64,000 nt of DNA from Chloroflexota bacterium (GCA_965220015.1 OZ244798.1:3108407-3172406); one strand, 5' to 3'; positions 10,809 to 21,686 are shown, counted from the stretch's first letter. Notes: generated from the letters alone by a model not told the origin. Program-made: numbers and translations.

Positions 10809-12359
10809 ATGAGTTTAGGGAGGAAAATAACCACAAAGAAGTGGTTAGCAGGCGGCAGGCGAGGCATCGCGCTCGTCGGGTTGCTGACACTTGCTTACTT
10901 GGTTATCTTCTTTTGCTGGCTCGCAAGGATTAAGCTGCCGAATGCGCCCGCAGCCAAGCTGCCGCACCTCCTACTGGTGATGCTGCGGCACTGGCTCGTG
11001 GGCGCCAGGTGGCGCATTCTCCCTGCGGGAGCACTTCTCCTCGCGGTCATGGCCGCGAGTGCAGGCGGCACGTACGGCGGTGGACTCACCATAACAGCTT
11101 CGACGAACAGTCTGGAAGTCTCCCCTGGCTCATCCGCGACGTACACCTTAGGCTGGGAAGGAAACCCTCTGTCCTTGAATGGTGTAGAATGCGGCGACTT
11201 CTTGCTTGTCCACATATTCGGCGGGAGTTACCTGAATTATCTTGAATTCGATCACACCAATCATGGCATCGAGCTTATAGACGAAAACGATGACGGCGAC
11301 TGCGACGATACGGGGGAAGTGAGATGGGACGACTCTTGGGGGAATTCAGTCACTGTGTCTGTGGCTGAAGATGCTCCGGGAAATGCAAGCATCGGCATCT
11401 CGTACGTGGTTAAGAAGAACCACAGAAGAGTTGTGTCGCCGAATTCCGTGATGCGCATACGAGTTTCCGGTGTTGTACCACCGACGCCGACGCCTATCCC
11501 CACGCCTCGACCACCAGTTCCTCCGCAGCAATCCGATCCTCCTCCCCAGGAGACTGATAACCCACCGCAGCAACCGGAGAACGCTAATACGCCCCAGAAC
11601 ACCGGCGATAATGTCCCCGGTACCGCGCCTAGCCCCGGCGGCAGTTCCGGCGGTGGCGGCGGCGGCTCCGGCTCCGGTTCCCGTTCCGACCTCGCCTGCG
11701 CGCCACGGCCCCCCGCAGACTCAACCTTCCGTAACCTCGTCGGCAGCACCGTCGCTGCCACTGCTTGGGAAGTGCCCGGCGACCGCCTCTGGCTCGAACG
11801 TAAGGACCTCCCGAACACCACCATCGAACTCGGCATCGGCTGGTTCGCTCATGACGCTTCCAGCCAAGTCATCATCGGCCTTGTCGGCGGCAACGCGAAC
11901 GGCGCCATGGGTATCATTCGCGATCAAACCCTCGGTCAGACCTATACCATCGTCCGCCATGAGGGCGACGACTGTGTCGTCCGCCGTTGGGTCGCGCCCT
12001 ACGACCACTTGGTGTATCAAATTCCGTGGACTACCATCAACTCGCTCTATAGTGTGCCGGTAGAGGTGGTGTCGGCCATCCCACTGGACCACCGCCACCC
12101 AGAGCCCAACATGCTCGTCCGCCGTTTCGACGGCAGCGACGTCCGCATCTTTGCCTTCGATGCCAGCCTCCAGCAGTGGCGCCACATTCCAGACTATCCC
12201 ACGTTCCAGGCTATGGGCTTCTTCTGGTGCGACGTCACCTCTGCCGACGCAACCTTCTTCGAGCGTATGAATGAAGGCACGCCGTACCCGTCCAGCGGTA
12301 CCGAACTACAGGAAGACTACCCCAATTGCCACAACAAGAAGCCGCAGCCCAACCCGTAA
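10809..12359 (+). CDS. Hypothetical surface/secreted protein, paralog 2
   Basis: Same architecture; C-terminal ~220 aa almost identical to paralog 1; GGAGG upstream of ATG 10809. Confidence 0.8.
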   Translation: MSLGRKITTKKWLAGGRRGIALVGLLTLAYLVIFFCWLARIKLPNAPAAKLPHLLLVMLRHWLVGARWRILPAGALLLAVMAASAGGTYGGGLTITASTNSLEVSPGSSATYTLGWEGNPLSLNGVECGDFLLVHIFGGSYLNYLEFDHTNHGIELIDENDDGDCDDTGEVRWDDSWGNSVTVSVAEDAPGNASIGISYVVKKNHRRVVSPNSVMRIRVSGVVPPTPTPIPTPRPPVPPQQSDPPPQETDNPPQQPENANTPQNTGDNVPGTAPSPGGSSGGGGGGSGSGSRSDLACAPRPPADSTFRNLVGSTVAATAWEVPGDRLWLERKDLPNTTIELGIGWFAHDASSQVIIGLVGGNANGAMGIIRDQTLGQTYTIVRHEGDDCVVRRWVAPYDHLVYQIPWTTINSLYSVPVEVVSAIPLDHRHPEPNMLVRRFDGSDVRIFAFDASLQQWRHIPDYPTFQAMGFFWCDVTSADATFFERMNEGTPYPSSGTELQEDYPNCHNKKPQPNP

Positions 12360-12550
12360 CTGTGACCGCCTCGAAGCGCCAGTGCGGCCGCTTTCGAGTC
12401 GGCTCTTACCACGCAAGAACACATAACAAGCCACAAACCATATACAGGCTCATTTCTTAGACCCAACTCCGTTAATTCGCCTCGGCCCGTGAGCGTTTTT
12501 CCAAGCCTAATCACTTACAGAAACCTTTTCAATAGACTCTACGATCCAGG

Positions 12551-14461
12551 ATGAACACCCACTACCCACCACGTCGCCCAGCCATCACGCGCGTTGACCC
12601 CGCGGAAATAGAGCGCCCGCAACTCGCAGGGCAAGTGACGACCGTTGCCTTGTGGAGAGCGCTTGCAGCCAGCGGGCGGCATTTCGCTGCGGCCGTTGTC
12701 CTGCTGCTTGCGCTCACGGTCATCACGGGACGCTGGCTCGCGGAAAACCGACAGCGCCTCGCTCCGGCCGGACTCGTGTCGCTGGCCCTGATGGTCATTG
12801 TGTGGACGTCGCTCGCCGCATTTCGGCGGCGCGCCGCCGTGGCAGGAGCGCTGCTCGTCGCGCTTGTCGTTCTCAGCGTCGGCACGACGCTCGGAGACGA
12901 TGAGCCTTACCTAAAGGCGTTCCCGCCCGCAGGAACTACCGGTGAATACAATAAATACGGTCGTCTAATGCTGGAGATTTCTCCGGGAATGACGCTGACG
13001 TATACCATAGACTTTGTCGGAAACCCCGTTGACCATCCCAACATCGCGTGCGGTGACTACCTGCAAGTTCACCTTTCCAGCGGAGGGATTGAATACATTG
13101 ATATTGAACCCCACGGATTCGGCTATGACACAGACGCAAATGATGACGGCGACTGCTCCGACGGTGCGTGGGGCTCTTATTGGGGAAACACTACTACGGT
13201 GTCCGTAGCTGATGACGCGCCGGGTAACGTGCAAATGAGCATAGCTTACGAGGTTGAGAAGAGATTCTGGAGGAAGATAGGTCCACGTTCTGTAATTCGC
13301 TTAGATGTAAATGACGTAGTTCCTCCAGATCCTACGCCTACTCCCACTCCTACACCGACGCCTACGCCAACGCCGACACCTACGCCTACGCCGACACCCA
13401 CTCCGACGCCGACACCTACGCCCACTCCTACACCTACGCCGACGCCGACACCCACGCCGACGCCAACGTCCACGCCTACTCCAACGTCCACGCCTACTCC
13501 TACGCCTACGCCGGAGCCCTTTGTCAATCCTCCCGTAGATCCGCCTATTGACCCTCCCGTAGATCCGCCCGTTGATCCTCCTATCGACCCTCCCGAGGAG
13601 CCTACGCCAACACCGACACCCACACCTACGCCGACGCCTAGACCCACGCCTACACCTACGCCGACGCCCGACCCTAATCAGAATACAAACCCGAATCCCA
13701 ATCCTGACAATCCCGGCACGACACCCAAACCCGACAATCCTAATGGCGGCTCTAATTCCGGTCCCGGCCCAGGCTCCAAATCCGGTTTGGGCAGCGGAAC
13801 GGGCTCTCGTTCTTTCACCGGCTCCACTGCGGGTCTAGGTTCCGGCTCTGCCTATAGCTGTCCGGATCCCGCTACGCCGGCGCAAAACGCCACAATCGGC
13901 AGTACGAGCGCTGCCACGGCCATAGAGGTGTACCGCAACCGACTTTGGATAAACCGTCATGACATCCTCGAGGCCGACTTCGAACTCCGCATCGGCTGGG
14001 TGTCCGCGGACGGCGGCGTACACGTCGTGCTGGGGATTATTCGCGACCAAGCGCTGGGTCAGACATATCTCATCCTGCGCCACGAAAGCAACAATTGTGT
14101 CGTGCGCCGCTGGGTTCCGCCCTCTAGCCCGCTAGTGAATTCCATCCCTTGGGAAACCGTCAACGCGCAATTCACGGTTCCTGTCGAAGTCTTGGCCGCT
14201 GTGCCCTTGGACCTGCTGCTGCCTGAGCATCACATGCTCGTTCGTCGATACGACGGCCTGGATGAACGCGTTTTCGCATTCGATTCGGTCCTACAACAAT
14301 GGCGCCATGTACCGGATGAGGCTACCTTCCAAGCAATGGGCTTCTACTGGTGCAACGTTACGGCCGCTGATGAACATTACTTCCAGCGCTTCGCCGTCGG
14401 CCCGCCCTACTTGGCAATCAACATACCCGTCCGCGCAGACTACCCGGCCTGTCAGACGTAA
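12551..14461 (+). CDS. Hypothetical surface protein with long PT repeat, paralog 3
   Basis: Several hydrophobic segments, DTDANDDGDC motif, (PT)n and (DPPV/I)n linkers, shared C-terminal domain. Confidence 0.82.
   Translation: MNTHYPPRRPAITRVDPAEIERPQLAGQVTTVALWRALAASGRHFAAAVVLLLALTVITGRWLAENRQRLAPAGLVSLALMVIVWTSLAAFRRRAAVAGALLVALVVLSVGTTLGDDEPYLKAFPPAGTTGEYNKYGRLMLEISPGMTLTYTIDFVGNPVDHPNIACGDYLQVHLSSGGIEYIDIEPHGFGYDTDANDDGDCSDGAWGSYWGNTTTVSVADDAPGNVQMSIAYEVEKRFWRKIGPRSVIRLDVNDVVPPDPTPTPTPTPTPTPTPTPTPTPTPTPTPTPTPTPTPTPTPTPTPTPTSTPTPTSTPTPTPTPEPFVNPPVDPPIDPPVDPPVDPPIDPPEEPTPTPTPTPTPTPRPTPTPTPTPDPNQNTNPNPNPDNPGTTPKPDNPNGGSNSGPGPGSKSGLGSGTGSRSFTGSTAGLGSGSAYSCPDPATPAQNATIGSTSAATAIEVYRNRLWINRHDILEADFELRIGWVSADGGVHVVLGIIRDQALGQTYLILRHESNNCVVRRWVPPSSPLVNSIPWETVNAQFTVPVEVLAAVPLDLLLPEHHMLVRRYDGLDERVFAFDSVLQQWRHVPDEATFQAMGFYWCNVTAADEHYFQRFAVGPPYLAINIPVRADYPACQT
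13330..13670 (+). repeat. Coding low-complexity repeats (Pro-Thr)n and (Asp-Pro-Pro-Val/Ile)n
   Basis: Degenerate 6-bp and 12-bp repeats inside paralog 3. Confidence 0.85.
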
Positions 14462-14760
14462 GAACCAGTCGGATTCTCTTCCGGGACGACTAGTACACCT
14501 GAGAAAGCACAACCGCATGGCTCCACTTCACATGACATATGAATTGAAGAGTGATCTACGCAAAGACGTACATAAAGTTCTGACATACCTAATCCTCCGT
14601 CGCGAGGGAGAGATGGAGACGCTTCGCCAAGCAACACGTCCGCGGCTCGTCCCGATAGTTCCTTCGCTGTCACTTTTCTCATGGTCTGCCGACCGACCTG
14701 CAACCCGGCTCCCATCTAATACCATTCATGAAAGAACACGAAACAAGGGGACAGCCCCAC

Positions 14761-15573
14761 ATGCGAACTGAAGCAAGGCCGGCAAAGGGCTTGTTGCTGC
14801 GCACACTGGCGGTATGTGTGTTGCCGCTCTGCCTGTTCATTGTCGGCGCTCACAGCGTGACGGCGCAGGGATTGACGGCAGCCGATAAGTCACTGGAAGC
14901 CGCGACGACTCCTGCTACCTCTAACGGATACTTGCGCACCGCCCCCTCTGGCGGTTACGTCTCAATTTATACCCAGAACCAGCCCAGCACGGCGAGCGAG
15001 CAGACCAGCGCGCTCAGCCAGCAGTCCGGCAATGTCAACGCGCCTGGCATCTCAGGGAGTCTCGCTGACTCCAACGATATTGACGTTACCCTGCTCATCG
15101 CCATCGGCTGGATTTCCACGGACGGCGCGGAACAATACCACATCGGCTTCATTCGCGTTGAATCGCTCGGCCAGACGTATTCCGTCGTCCGCCATGAGGG
15201 CGACGGTCGCATAGTCCGCCGCTGGATTCCGCCCTACAGTCCGATGGTGCATGTCCTGCCCTGGGACATCATCTTCGCCCAGTTCACTTTCTCAGTCGAG
15301 GTGGTTACAACTATTCCCCTTGACCATCGGATGCCGGAGCCGCACATGCTGGCGCGCCGGTTCGACGGCGACGATGACCGCATTTTTGCGTACGACGCCG
15401 AATTGCAGCAATGGCGGCACATACCGGACTATGCGACCTTCCAGCACATGGGCTTCTACTGGTGCAACGTGAACGCTGCGGATTCCAAATTCTTTGATCG
15501 CATCACCCCCGGCCCCCCGTATCCCGCCAGCGGCACACCGGAACTGGAAGACTACCCAAACTGCCAGCCGTAA
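14761..15573 (+). CDS. Hypothetical secreted protein, paralog 4 (essentially C-terminal domain only)
   Basis: Signal-peptide-like N-terminus; IGW..., LGQTY.VVRHEGD..IVRRW, WRHIPDYATFQHMGFYWCNV, DYPNC. Confidence 0.8.
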   Translation: MRTEARPAKGLLLRTLAVCVLPLCLFIVGAHSVTAQGLTAADKSLEAATTPATSNGYLRTAPSGGYVSIYTQNQPSTASEQTSALSQQSGNVNAPGISGSLADSNDIDVTLLIAIGWISTDGAEQYHIGFIRVESLGQTYSVVRHEGDGRIVRRWIPPYSPMVHVLPWDIIFAQFTFSVEVVTTIPLDHRMPEPHMLARRFDGDDDRIFAYDAELQQWRHIPDYATFQHMGFYWCNVNAADSKFFDRITPGPPYPASGTPELEDYPNCQP

Positions 15574-15784
15574 TCCTGACTACCAATCGTAGTCTGGGCC
15601 TGCATCCGATTGGGCCCCACCGCCAAGCAGGAATCCTCAAGGGTCGCGGGCGGAGCCCAGAACCTCCAGACTATTTCTCGCGCTCCTCTCTCCAAAAGAC
15701 CAGCTCTACCTCCGGTGGTATACTAGCGACACGTAACGGCCGCATTGATTCCCCACCACAGAACATGGCGAGACTTTGAGCCTT

Positions 15785-16255
15785 ATGTCGAATTCAGTCA
15801 CCTCACGCATTCAAGAATTGCTGCGGGAGCATGACGTCACTTTCACATTTAAAGAACATGCCCCGGTGAAGACCAGTCAGGAGGCGGCAGCGGTGCGGGG
15901 GACGCCCCTGCACGAGGGGGCAAAGGCGCTCGTCTTCGCCGCGGATGAAACTACCGTGCTGGCAGTAGTGCCCGCGGACAAACGTGTCGGCACGCGGGCG
16001 TTCAAACGCGCCTTTGACATCAAGAACCTGCGCATGCTTACGCCGGAGGAGTTGCGTGAGTTGACCGGCCTGCCGGTTGGCGCCGTGCCGCCGTTCGGGA
16101 GTGTGCTCGACCTTCCCACCTACGTGGATAACAGCCTGCTGGAAAACGAGCGCATCTCATTCAACGCGGGCAGCCAGACCGCATCCATCGTCATGGCCTG
16201 CCGCGACTACATTGCCGTGGAACAACCCACTCTCGGCGTATTCGCAGCCGAATAA
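15785..16255 (+). CDS. YbaK/ProX aminoacyl-tRNA editing domain protein
   Basis: H.PVKTSQEAA, AKALV, TGLPVGAVPPFG, FNAG. Confidence 0.88.
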   Translation: MSNSVTSRIQELLREHDVTFTFKEHAPVKTSQEAAAVRGTPLHEGAKALVFAADETTVLAVVPADKRVGTRAFKRAFDIKNLRMLTPEELRELTGLPVGAVPPFGSVLDLPTYVDNSLLENERISFNAGSQTASIVMACRDYIAVEQPTLGVFAAE

Positions 16256-16338
16256 GCCCAGGCCGCTATAGCGGCTTTTTGCCTAAGGACACAGGGCGAG
16301 GAAACGCGCGCATGCCGGACGCTGCCAAATGCCCCGGC

Positions 16339-19314
16339 CTAGGTTCCACGCAGCAAGTGACCGGCCGCCGACCCGCCGGAGCGCGCGATCAAGCTGGCAG
16401 CTTCAATGTATGGCATGAACCCGCTCTCATCCACGGCGCCGCCAGCGGTTAGTGGTATGGACAAGAGTCTAACCAGCAGACTCGCGACCTGAGCGCCCGC
16501 AACCCGCCGCATTCCGGCGCCGCGTCCAGGCGCTCCCAACGGCGGAAACGTGCACTCCCAGACAATGCGGTCGTCCACAATCACTAGATTGGCTGCAAGC
16601 ACGCTGCGTTCCTCGACCACCACACCTTCTTGTTCGCAAGTCTGCCGCGCCTCTGCCAAGGGCGCCTGCTGTGCAGTGCGCTGTCCTTGGGGTAGCGTGA
16701 CGACCCGCACCGCGCCGCGCTCTCGCAGCGCTGACGGCAGCCAACCCAACACTCGCTCCACGGTAGCTGACGCCAACTGGGGACTCCACACGGCGACGCT
16801 CCGCTCCGCGGCCTGCACGTCCTGCAGCAGGAGTTGCCAGCCACTCGCGGACCGAGGCTGCCTGTCACTCGTCATCCTGGTGCGCGACGATGGCGCTGCC
16901 AGTTGCGGTATCGTTCCCGCACGTACACTTGGCACGAGTTCAGCAGCGGATACGACCGACTCTGCTTGCGCAGCTTCGCCCAGCATGCGCCGCAAGAGTG
17001 CGCGCGCGCCGAATGAATCGCGCACGTGCTTCCAGTGCCCGACGAGCATCAGTCTTTGCCGTGCCAGATTGCAAACGCAACTGAACAGGGCCTGCGCCTG
17101 GGAATCAGGGCGAGAGTCATCCAGCGCGGACCACGTGAAACCTCCCGGTGTCTCTACCGTGTCCAGAATCACCACGTCAACCGTGTGAGAGGGCAGGCTG
17201 GGAGGCGCATAAATATCGATAGCGGCGATCCCGCAGTCGCGCGCCAACTGCCGCAGGAGACGCGCTTGCGCGGCATAGGGCGTGATGAGCGCAATTGAGG
17301 CCGCGGGATCGGCAGCGTAGAGCCGTTCCGCCAGCCCAACCGCCGCCAGAGCGCTTCCCAGGCTCACGCGCCCCTCACGCGGAATTGCTTCACTCCACGG
17401 TTTCAGTGCGCCGGTATCGACAAACACCAGCGGGCCGCCCTGCGCCAGCGCCTCGCGAAGCGGCGCCGGGCGGCCCCGCGCTGGCAGTTGCCTCGTCACC
17501 TTGCGCCGAGGACCTTGTAACTGCTGTGGTTCTTGCGGGGCGCGCGTTCTAATCTCAGCGCCCGCTGGAACAAACCAGCGCGAAACGGCCTCCGAAAACT
17601 GCGGATCGATTGAGTGTCGCTCGGTAAGCGAGGCTACCCAAGGCGCGGCGCGTACACCCTTGCCGGCCAGATGGTCCGCAAAAGAACGTCCCAACCAGCG
17701 CCCGGCTACGGTCTGAGTCGCACAGTGCCAGGGCTGCAGAGTGGATGTATCGGTACAAACGACGACTCGGGATTCTGATAGCGCGGCCGCCCAGAATAGC
17801 TGCGGCATGGGAATGCGGTGGGCATCGTCTATCAGCACTACGTCAAAGGACCCAATTTCGAATACCTCATCCACGAGCGCGTGCGATACCGTGCTGGCCA
17901 CCAGCCGCGCGCGCGCCCGGGCCGCGTGCGTTACACCTTCTAAGGAGCAGACGACTTCCACGCGCTTCTCTTGAAGCGTACCTAATCTTGTAGCCGATTG
18001 GGCACACTCTGCGTCAACTCGTGCGCTGCGTAGTCCATATACCTTGAGCTGTCCGTCAAGGCTCGCCTCCAAGCTCGTCACTGCCGCCTGCTTCTCTGCA
18101 AGCCGGCGTTGCGCCTCAACAAGCTGTTGCGCCAATCTGTAGGCCTCCTGCCGCTGACGTTCAGAGTCATCACGATAGCGGAGCCGCGCACTGCGTTCGG
18201 AGCGCCCGGTGAGACGTCTGGCCCGTTGCCAAAACTGCTCCCACCGCTCCTTCAAGGCTTGCAGGCCCGCGTGCTCCCTGTCCTGCGGTGACCTGGATTC
18301 TTGCCGCGCCACCAACGCGTCGACCTCTGCCTGCAACGAGTCGCGTTCCTCCCGCGTCCGCTGGGCAAGCACTACGGCCTTCTGCAGAACGCTGAGCGCC
18401 TGGTTTCGCTCAACCGCCGACGCCAGTTCTGAATCTATTTCCACCACCTCTTGCTCAAGCTCTGCACGAAGGCGGCTCTCTACGCGTTCAGGCAAGAGCT
18501 GTGGGTGGACGTTCTGTAAGGCCGGATTAGCGCTGCGGCCGCAGCGGAGCACGTCACCATCGGCATAGGCAGCAGGAGCACTTGCAGCGAAAAGCGCGGT
18601 GAGAAACGCATCTATCGCGCAGTTGGTTGACGCAAGCAGCAGCACGCGGCGACCGGCAGCCAGGTGGGCTGCGGCAATTCGGCCTAGCAAGAGAGTTTTT
18701 CCGGAGTCCACCGGGCCGGCAATTACCGACACCGTCCATTGGAGCGCCGCTGCCAGCACGTGTTGCTGTTCCTCGGTGAGCGGCGCAGTTTCCAGGCCAA
18801 CCGCATGGTGAGCGACGTGTTCCGCCTCAGAAGATTCCCCGGCAAAGAGCGCCGCGCTCAAGCCAGCGCCGCCAGTGCCATCCTTACCAACGCAGCGATC
18901 TAGCTCCTCGCTGAGCCGCTCAAGCGCTACCCACGGCTGCGCTACCAGCGTGGCCCTTTCGATAACTTGGGCGGGAGCAGTCGCCAGCGCCACCGCGACC
19001 TGCAACCCCTCCACAGCGCTGATGCGACAGGGGTACACCTGACTCCCTATGTGGAGTTCGCCCGGCGTATCGTCCAAGACCGGCAGCACTGTACTGAGCT
19101 GGAACGCATACGTAGGGAAACTGCCCGCTGCGGCGAGCAGCTTGCCGGACAGCACCTCAACCCGAAATATCGCTGCGTTGGCCCGGGTCGCCGCGATCTC
19201 GGCACTGACCGCCTGCTGCAATTCCGGGAGCAAGCGGGGAGCATGCGGTGCGTCTGTGGCATTGTGGGGCAAGTGCACGTTCAACGGACGGTCTCCACTG
19301 CAAGCGGTCCTCAC
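16339..19314 (-). CDS. DNA2/NAM7-like SF1 helicase homolog with coiled-coil insert and PLD-like C-terminus; motifs degenerate
   Basis: GPVDSGKT, ASTNCAID, FDVVLIDDA, ITPYAAQ; C-terminal VAVWSP...NLVIVDDRIVW. Confidence 0.7.
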   Translation of the reverse strand: MRTACSGDRPLNVHLPHNATDAPHAPRLLPELQQAVSAEIAATRANAAIFRVEVLSGKLLAAAGSFPTYAFQLSTVLPVLDDTPGELHIGSQVYPCRISAVEGLQVAVALATAPAQVIERATLVAQPWVALERLSEELDRCVGKDGTGGAGLSAALFAGESSEAEHVAHHAVGLETAPLTEEQQHVLAAALQWTVSVIAGPVDSGKTLLLGRIAAAHLAAGRRVLLLASTNCAIDAFLTALFAASAPAAYADGDVLRCGRSANPALQNVHPQLLPERVESRLRAELEQEVVEIDSELASAVERNQALSVLQKAVVLAQRTREERDSLQAEVDALVARQESRSPQDREHAGLQALKERWEQFWQRARRLTGRSERSARLRYRDDSERQRQEAYRLAQQLVEAQRRLAEKQAAVTSLEASLDGQLKVYGLRSARVDAECAQSATRLGTLQEKRVEVVCSLEGVTHAARARARLVASTVSHALVDEVFEIGSFDVVLIDDAHRIPMPQLFWAAALSESRVVVCTDTSTLQPWHCATQTVAGRWLGRSFADHLAGKGVRAAPWVASLTERHSIDPQFSEAVSRWFVPAGAEIRTRAPQEPQQLQGPRRKVTRQLPARGRPAPLREALAQGGPLVFVDTGALKPWSEAIPREGRVSLGSALAAVGLAERLYAADPAASIALITPYAAQARLLRQLARDCGIAAIDIYAPPSLPSHTVDVVILDTVETPGGFTWSALDDSRPDSQAQALFSCVCNLARQRLMLVGHWKHVRDSFGARALLRRMLGEAAQAESVVSAAELVPSVRAGTIPQLAAPSSRTRMTSDRQPRSASGWQLLLQDVQAAERSVAVWSPQLASATVERVLGWLPSALRERGAVRVVTLPQGQRTAQQAPLAEARQTCEQEGVVVEERSVLAANLVIVDDRIVWECTFPPLGAPGRGAGMRRVAGAQVASLLVRLLSIPLTAGGAVDESGFMPYIEAASLIARSGGSAAGHLLRGT

Positions 19315-19613
19315 TGTACCGCCTCATGATACTCCCTTGAACCGGCATTGCTCCCAGTTTACCGCGTTCAAGCGCAGTGCCACGCACTCAATAGCAGTGA
19401 GTTGGCAAGTGACCGAGAGGTGAGTAGCATTGAAAGGAAGCAACGCAGCCGCGTACTTGAAACTGCGTGGTGGTCGCAAGGCAACGCCCAATGCGAGTAG
19501 ACCTGCATCTGGCCCCTGTCGCATGCAACAACCCCATCTATGCAGGGCCAAAATAACCACAGTTGTAAACTGAGCACACACACTCTAGGAATTTCAGTGG
19601 GGAGAAGAATTCA

Positions 19614-21686
19614 ATGGCAGCAGGCCCGAAACGCATTCTCATCGACAATCACCTGGGGCCGTATGGCGCGCATACACTGTCACAGGTGGATCCCGTTGCA
19701 CAAATGTCAGCGCTGCGCGACATTGGCGCCGACGCGGTCTTGCTGCAAGCGAAATGCCATTGGGGTCATGCATACTATGACACCGCCGTCGGCAAGCGTC
19801 ACCCGGCGCTTGAGTTCGACTTGATCGCTGCCCAAACGGACGCGGCCCGCCGGCACGGCATCGATCCCGCGCTCTACTACTCCGTCCGCTGGGACGAGCA
19901 CGCGTATCGCTCGCACCCGGAGTGGCGCAGCCACGACGCTGAGGGCAATCCGCAGCCCGGCCCGCACACACGCTGGCGCTGGCTCTGCCTCAACTCACCG
20001 TACCGCGACTATACGTACGCCATGCTCGCTGAGTTGCTCGCGAAGCACACCTTCTCGCGGCTTTTCCTCGACATCGTGCATTACCGGATGCTGTGCTATT
20101 GCGAACACTGCCGTGCAGCGTGGCAAGAATACTTTGGCGAGCCCTTTCCCAGCGTGCCTACGTTTCCGCGGGGCTCTCGACAACGTGGGAGAAGCAGGCA
20201 AGCCTGGCGCTGGCATCGGCGCCGCTTTGGGTCTGAGCACCGCGCGCGCCTCGCAGAGTTCGGCAATCACGTGGTGGAAACGTATCTCGCAGGTGTGAAG
20301 GAGCGCATTCGCGCCAGCGGCAAGGATGTACAGCTTACCCACAACGCCTTTTGGCCCCATACGCATGACGACTACCTGTTCGCGGAATCCGATGCCACCG
20401 GCGCTAACTTCTTTCAACCCGCCCAGCAGACGCACCGGCTGCGGGCGCTCGCGAAGTCTCGCCCGGTAGAAATCGCCTTCTGCTGGGACAACGTCATGTA
20501 CGCGGGCGTGAGCGAAACTCAATTAACCTGCCAGGCGGCCAGCGCCCTCATTGCCGGCGCCGACGCCACGATGATCTGGGGCGCGCCCGACGTGCGCACG
20601 GGCTTCTTTGAGAAGCCGGTGCTCGACAAAGTGGCAACCACCTTCAGGAAGATCGGCCCGCTCGCGGAGGAACGCGCCCACGCAACTCAGTATGCAGATA
20701 TCGGCCTGCTCTTCTCCGAGGAGCAGGTGTCATTAGGGACCGTGCCCACAGAATCCGGTTTCAGCCGCGATACGGCCGGGGCCTACAAATATCTGAGCGA
20801 GCAGCACTTTCCCTTTCGGCTCGTGTGCGACGATCTCTTGGAAGCGAACGACCTCGCCGGGCTGAAAGCCGTAATCGTGGCCAACCCCGGCGATCTCCGG
20901 CCGGAATCGATCACTTTACTGCGGGAGTTCGTTGAGAACGGCGGGCGGATGCTTGTCACCGGCGCGAATAATCTGCAACGCGACCTCGGCATTATCCTCG
21001 CCGAGCGACGAAACCATCGCGGTGCGCGCCAGGACGGTTGGTACATCCACGCGCCTGAGTCTTGGCAGATTCCCGATTGGGAATTGGCCTGCTCCCTGGG
21101 CCACTGGCCGCTGCGCAACTTCCCCGGGTTCGGCGAACTTGCGTATTCCCTGAAACCCATCGTAGAGCCCCATGACGAGGTGTGGGACAGCCACGGCACG
21201 CGCTGGAGCACGGAAACCGGTATGCCCGCAGTCGTCTTCGGGCGCTTTGGCGCAGGCCAAATTGCCTACTGCAACCATGAGCCGTTTGCCGAATATATGC
21301 AGCGGGGCGCGCGGGCATTTGGCCGGATGGTCATGCGCATCCTGATGTTTATCGGCTATGCCGCCGAGTTGCGCGTACAGGGCGTGCCCAACGTTGAGGC
21401 GGCCTATACCAAAGACGGCAACGTGCTCAAGGTATTTCTTGTCAATTGTCCGGTCACCCGGCCATTAGGCCAAGGCGCTGGCCGTGGACGGCGCGCCGGG
21501 GCTTGGGTGGACGCGCCGGAAGCGGCGCCCTTGGCAGACGTGACCATCAAGTCGGCACTTGACGTGCATGCGGCGACCGCCGCCAGCGGCGAAACGGTGC
21601 AGGTTCTCCGGAGCAGCAAGCATACATTCGTAACGTTGTCGCGCTTGTCGGAGACGGACATAGTTTCGCTGGAAATCGCTGAGTAG
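19614..21686 (+). CDS. Putative glycoside hydrolase (alpha-L-fucosidase-like/GHL6 TIM barrel plus beta-galactosidase trimerisation-like domain)
   Basis: AKCHWGHAYY, LCLNSPY, FLD..., CYCEHC, LREFVENGG. Confidence 0.75.
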   Translation: MAAGPKRILIDNHLGPYGAHTLSQVDPVAQMSALRDIGADAVLLQAKCHWGHAYYDTAVGKRHPALEFDLIAAQTDAARRHGIDPALYYSVRWDEHAYRSHPEWRSHDAEGNPQPGPHTRWRWLCLNSPYRDYTYAMLAELLAKHTFSRLFLDIVHYRMLCYCEHCRAAWQEYFGEPFPSVPTFPRGSRQRGRSRQAWRWHRRRFGSEHRARLAEFGNHVVETYLAGVKERIRASGKDVQLTHNAFWPHTHDDYLFAESDATGANFFQPAQQTHRLRALAKSRPVEIAFCWDNVMYAGVSETQLTCQAASALIAGADATMIWGAPDVRTGFFEKPVLDKVATTFRKIGPLAEERAHATQYADIGLLFSEEQVSLGTVPTESGFSRDTAGAYKYLSEQHFPFRLVCDDLLEANDLAGLKAVIVANPGDLRPESITLLREFVENGGRMLVTGANNLQRDLGIILAERRNHRGARQDGWYIHAPESWQIPDWELACSLGHWPLRNFPGFGELAYSLKPIVEPHDEVWDSHGTRWSTETGMPAVVFGRFGAGQIAYCNHEPFAEYMQRGARAFGRMVMRILMFIGYAAELRVQGVPNVEAAYTKDGNVLKVFLVNCPVTRPLGQGAGRGRRAGAWVDAPEAAPLADVTIKSALDVHAATAASGETVQVLRSSKHTFVTLSRLSETDIVSLEIAE

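Noticed and set aside
9190-15573. Diversity-generating retroelement
   Set aside because: No reverse transcriptase, and differences between repeats are not adenine-specific; consistent with gene duplication.
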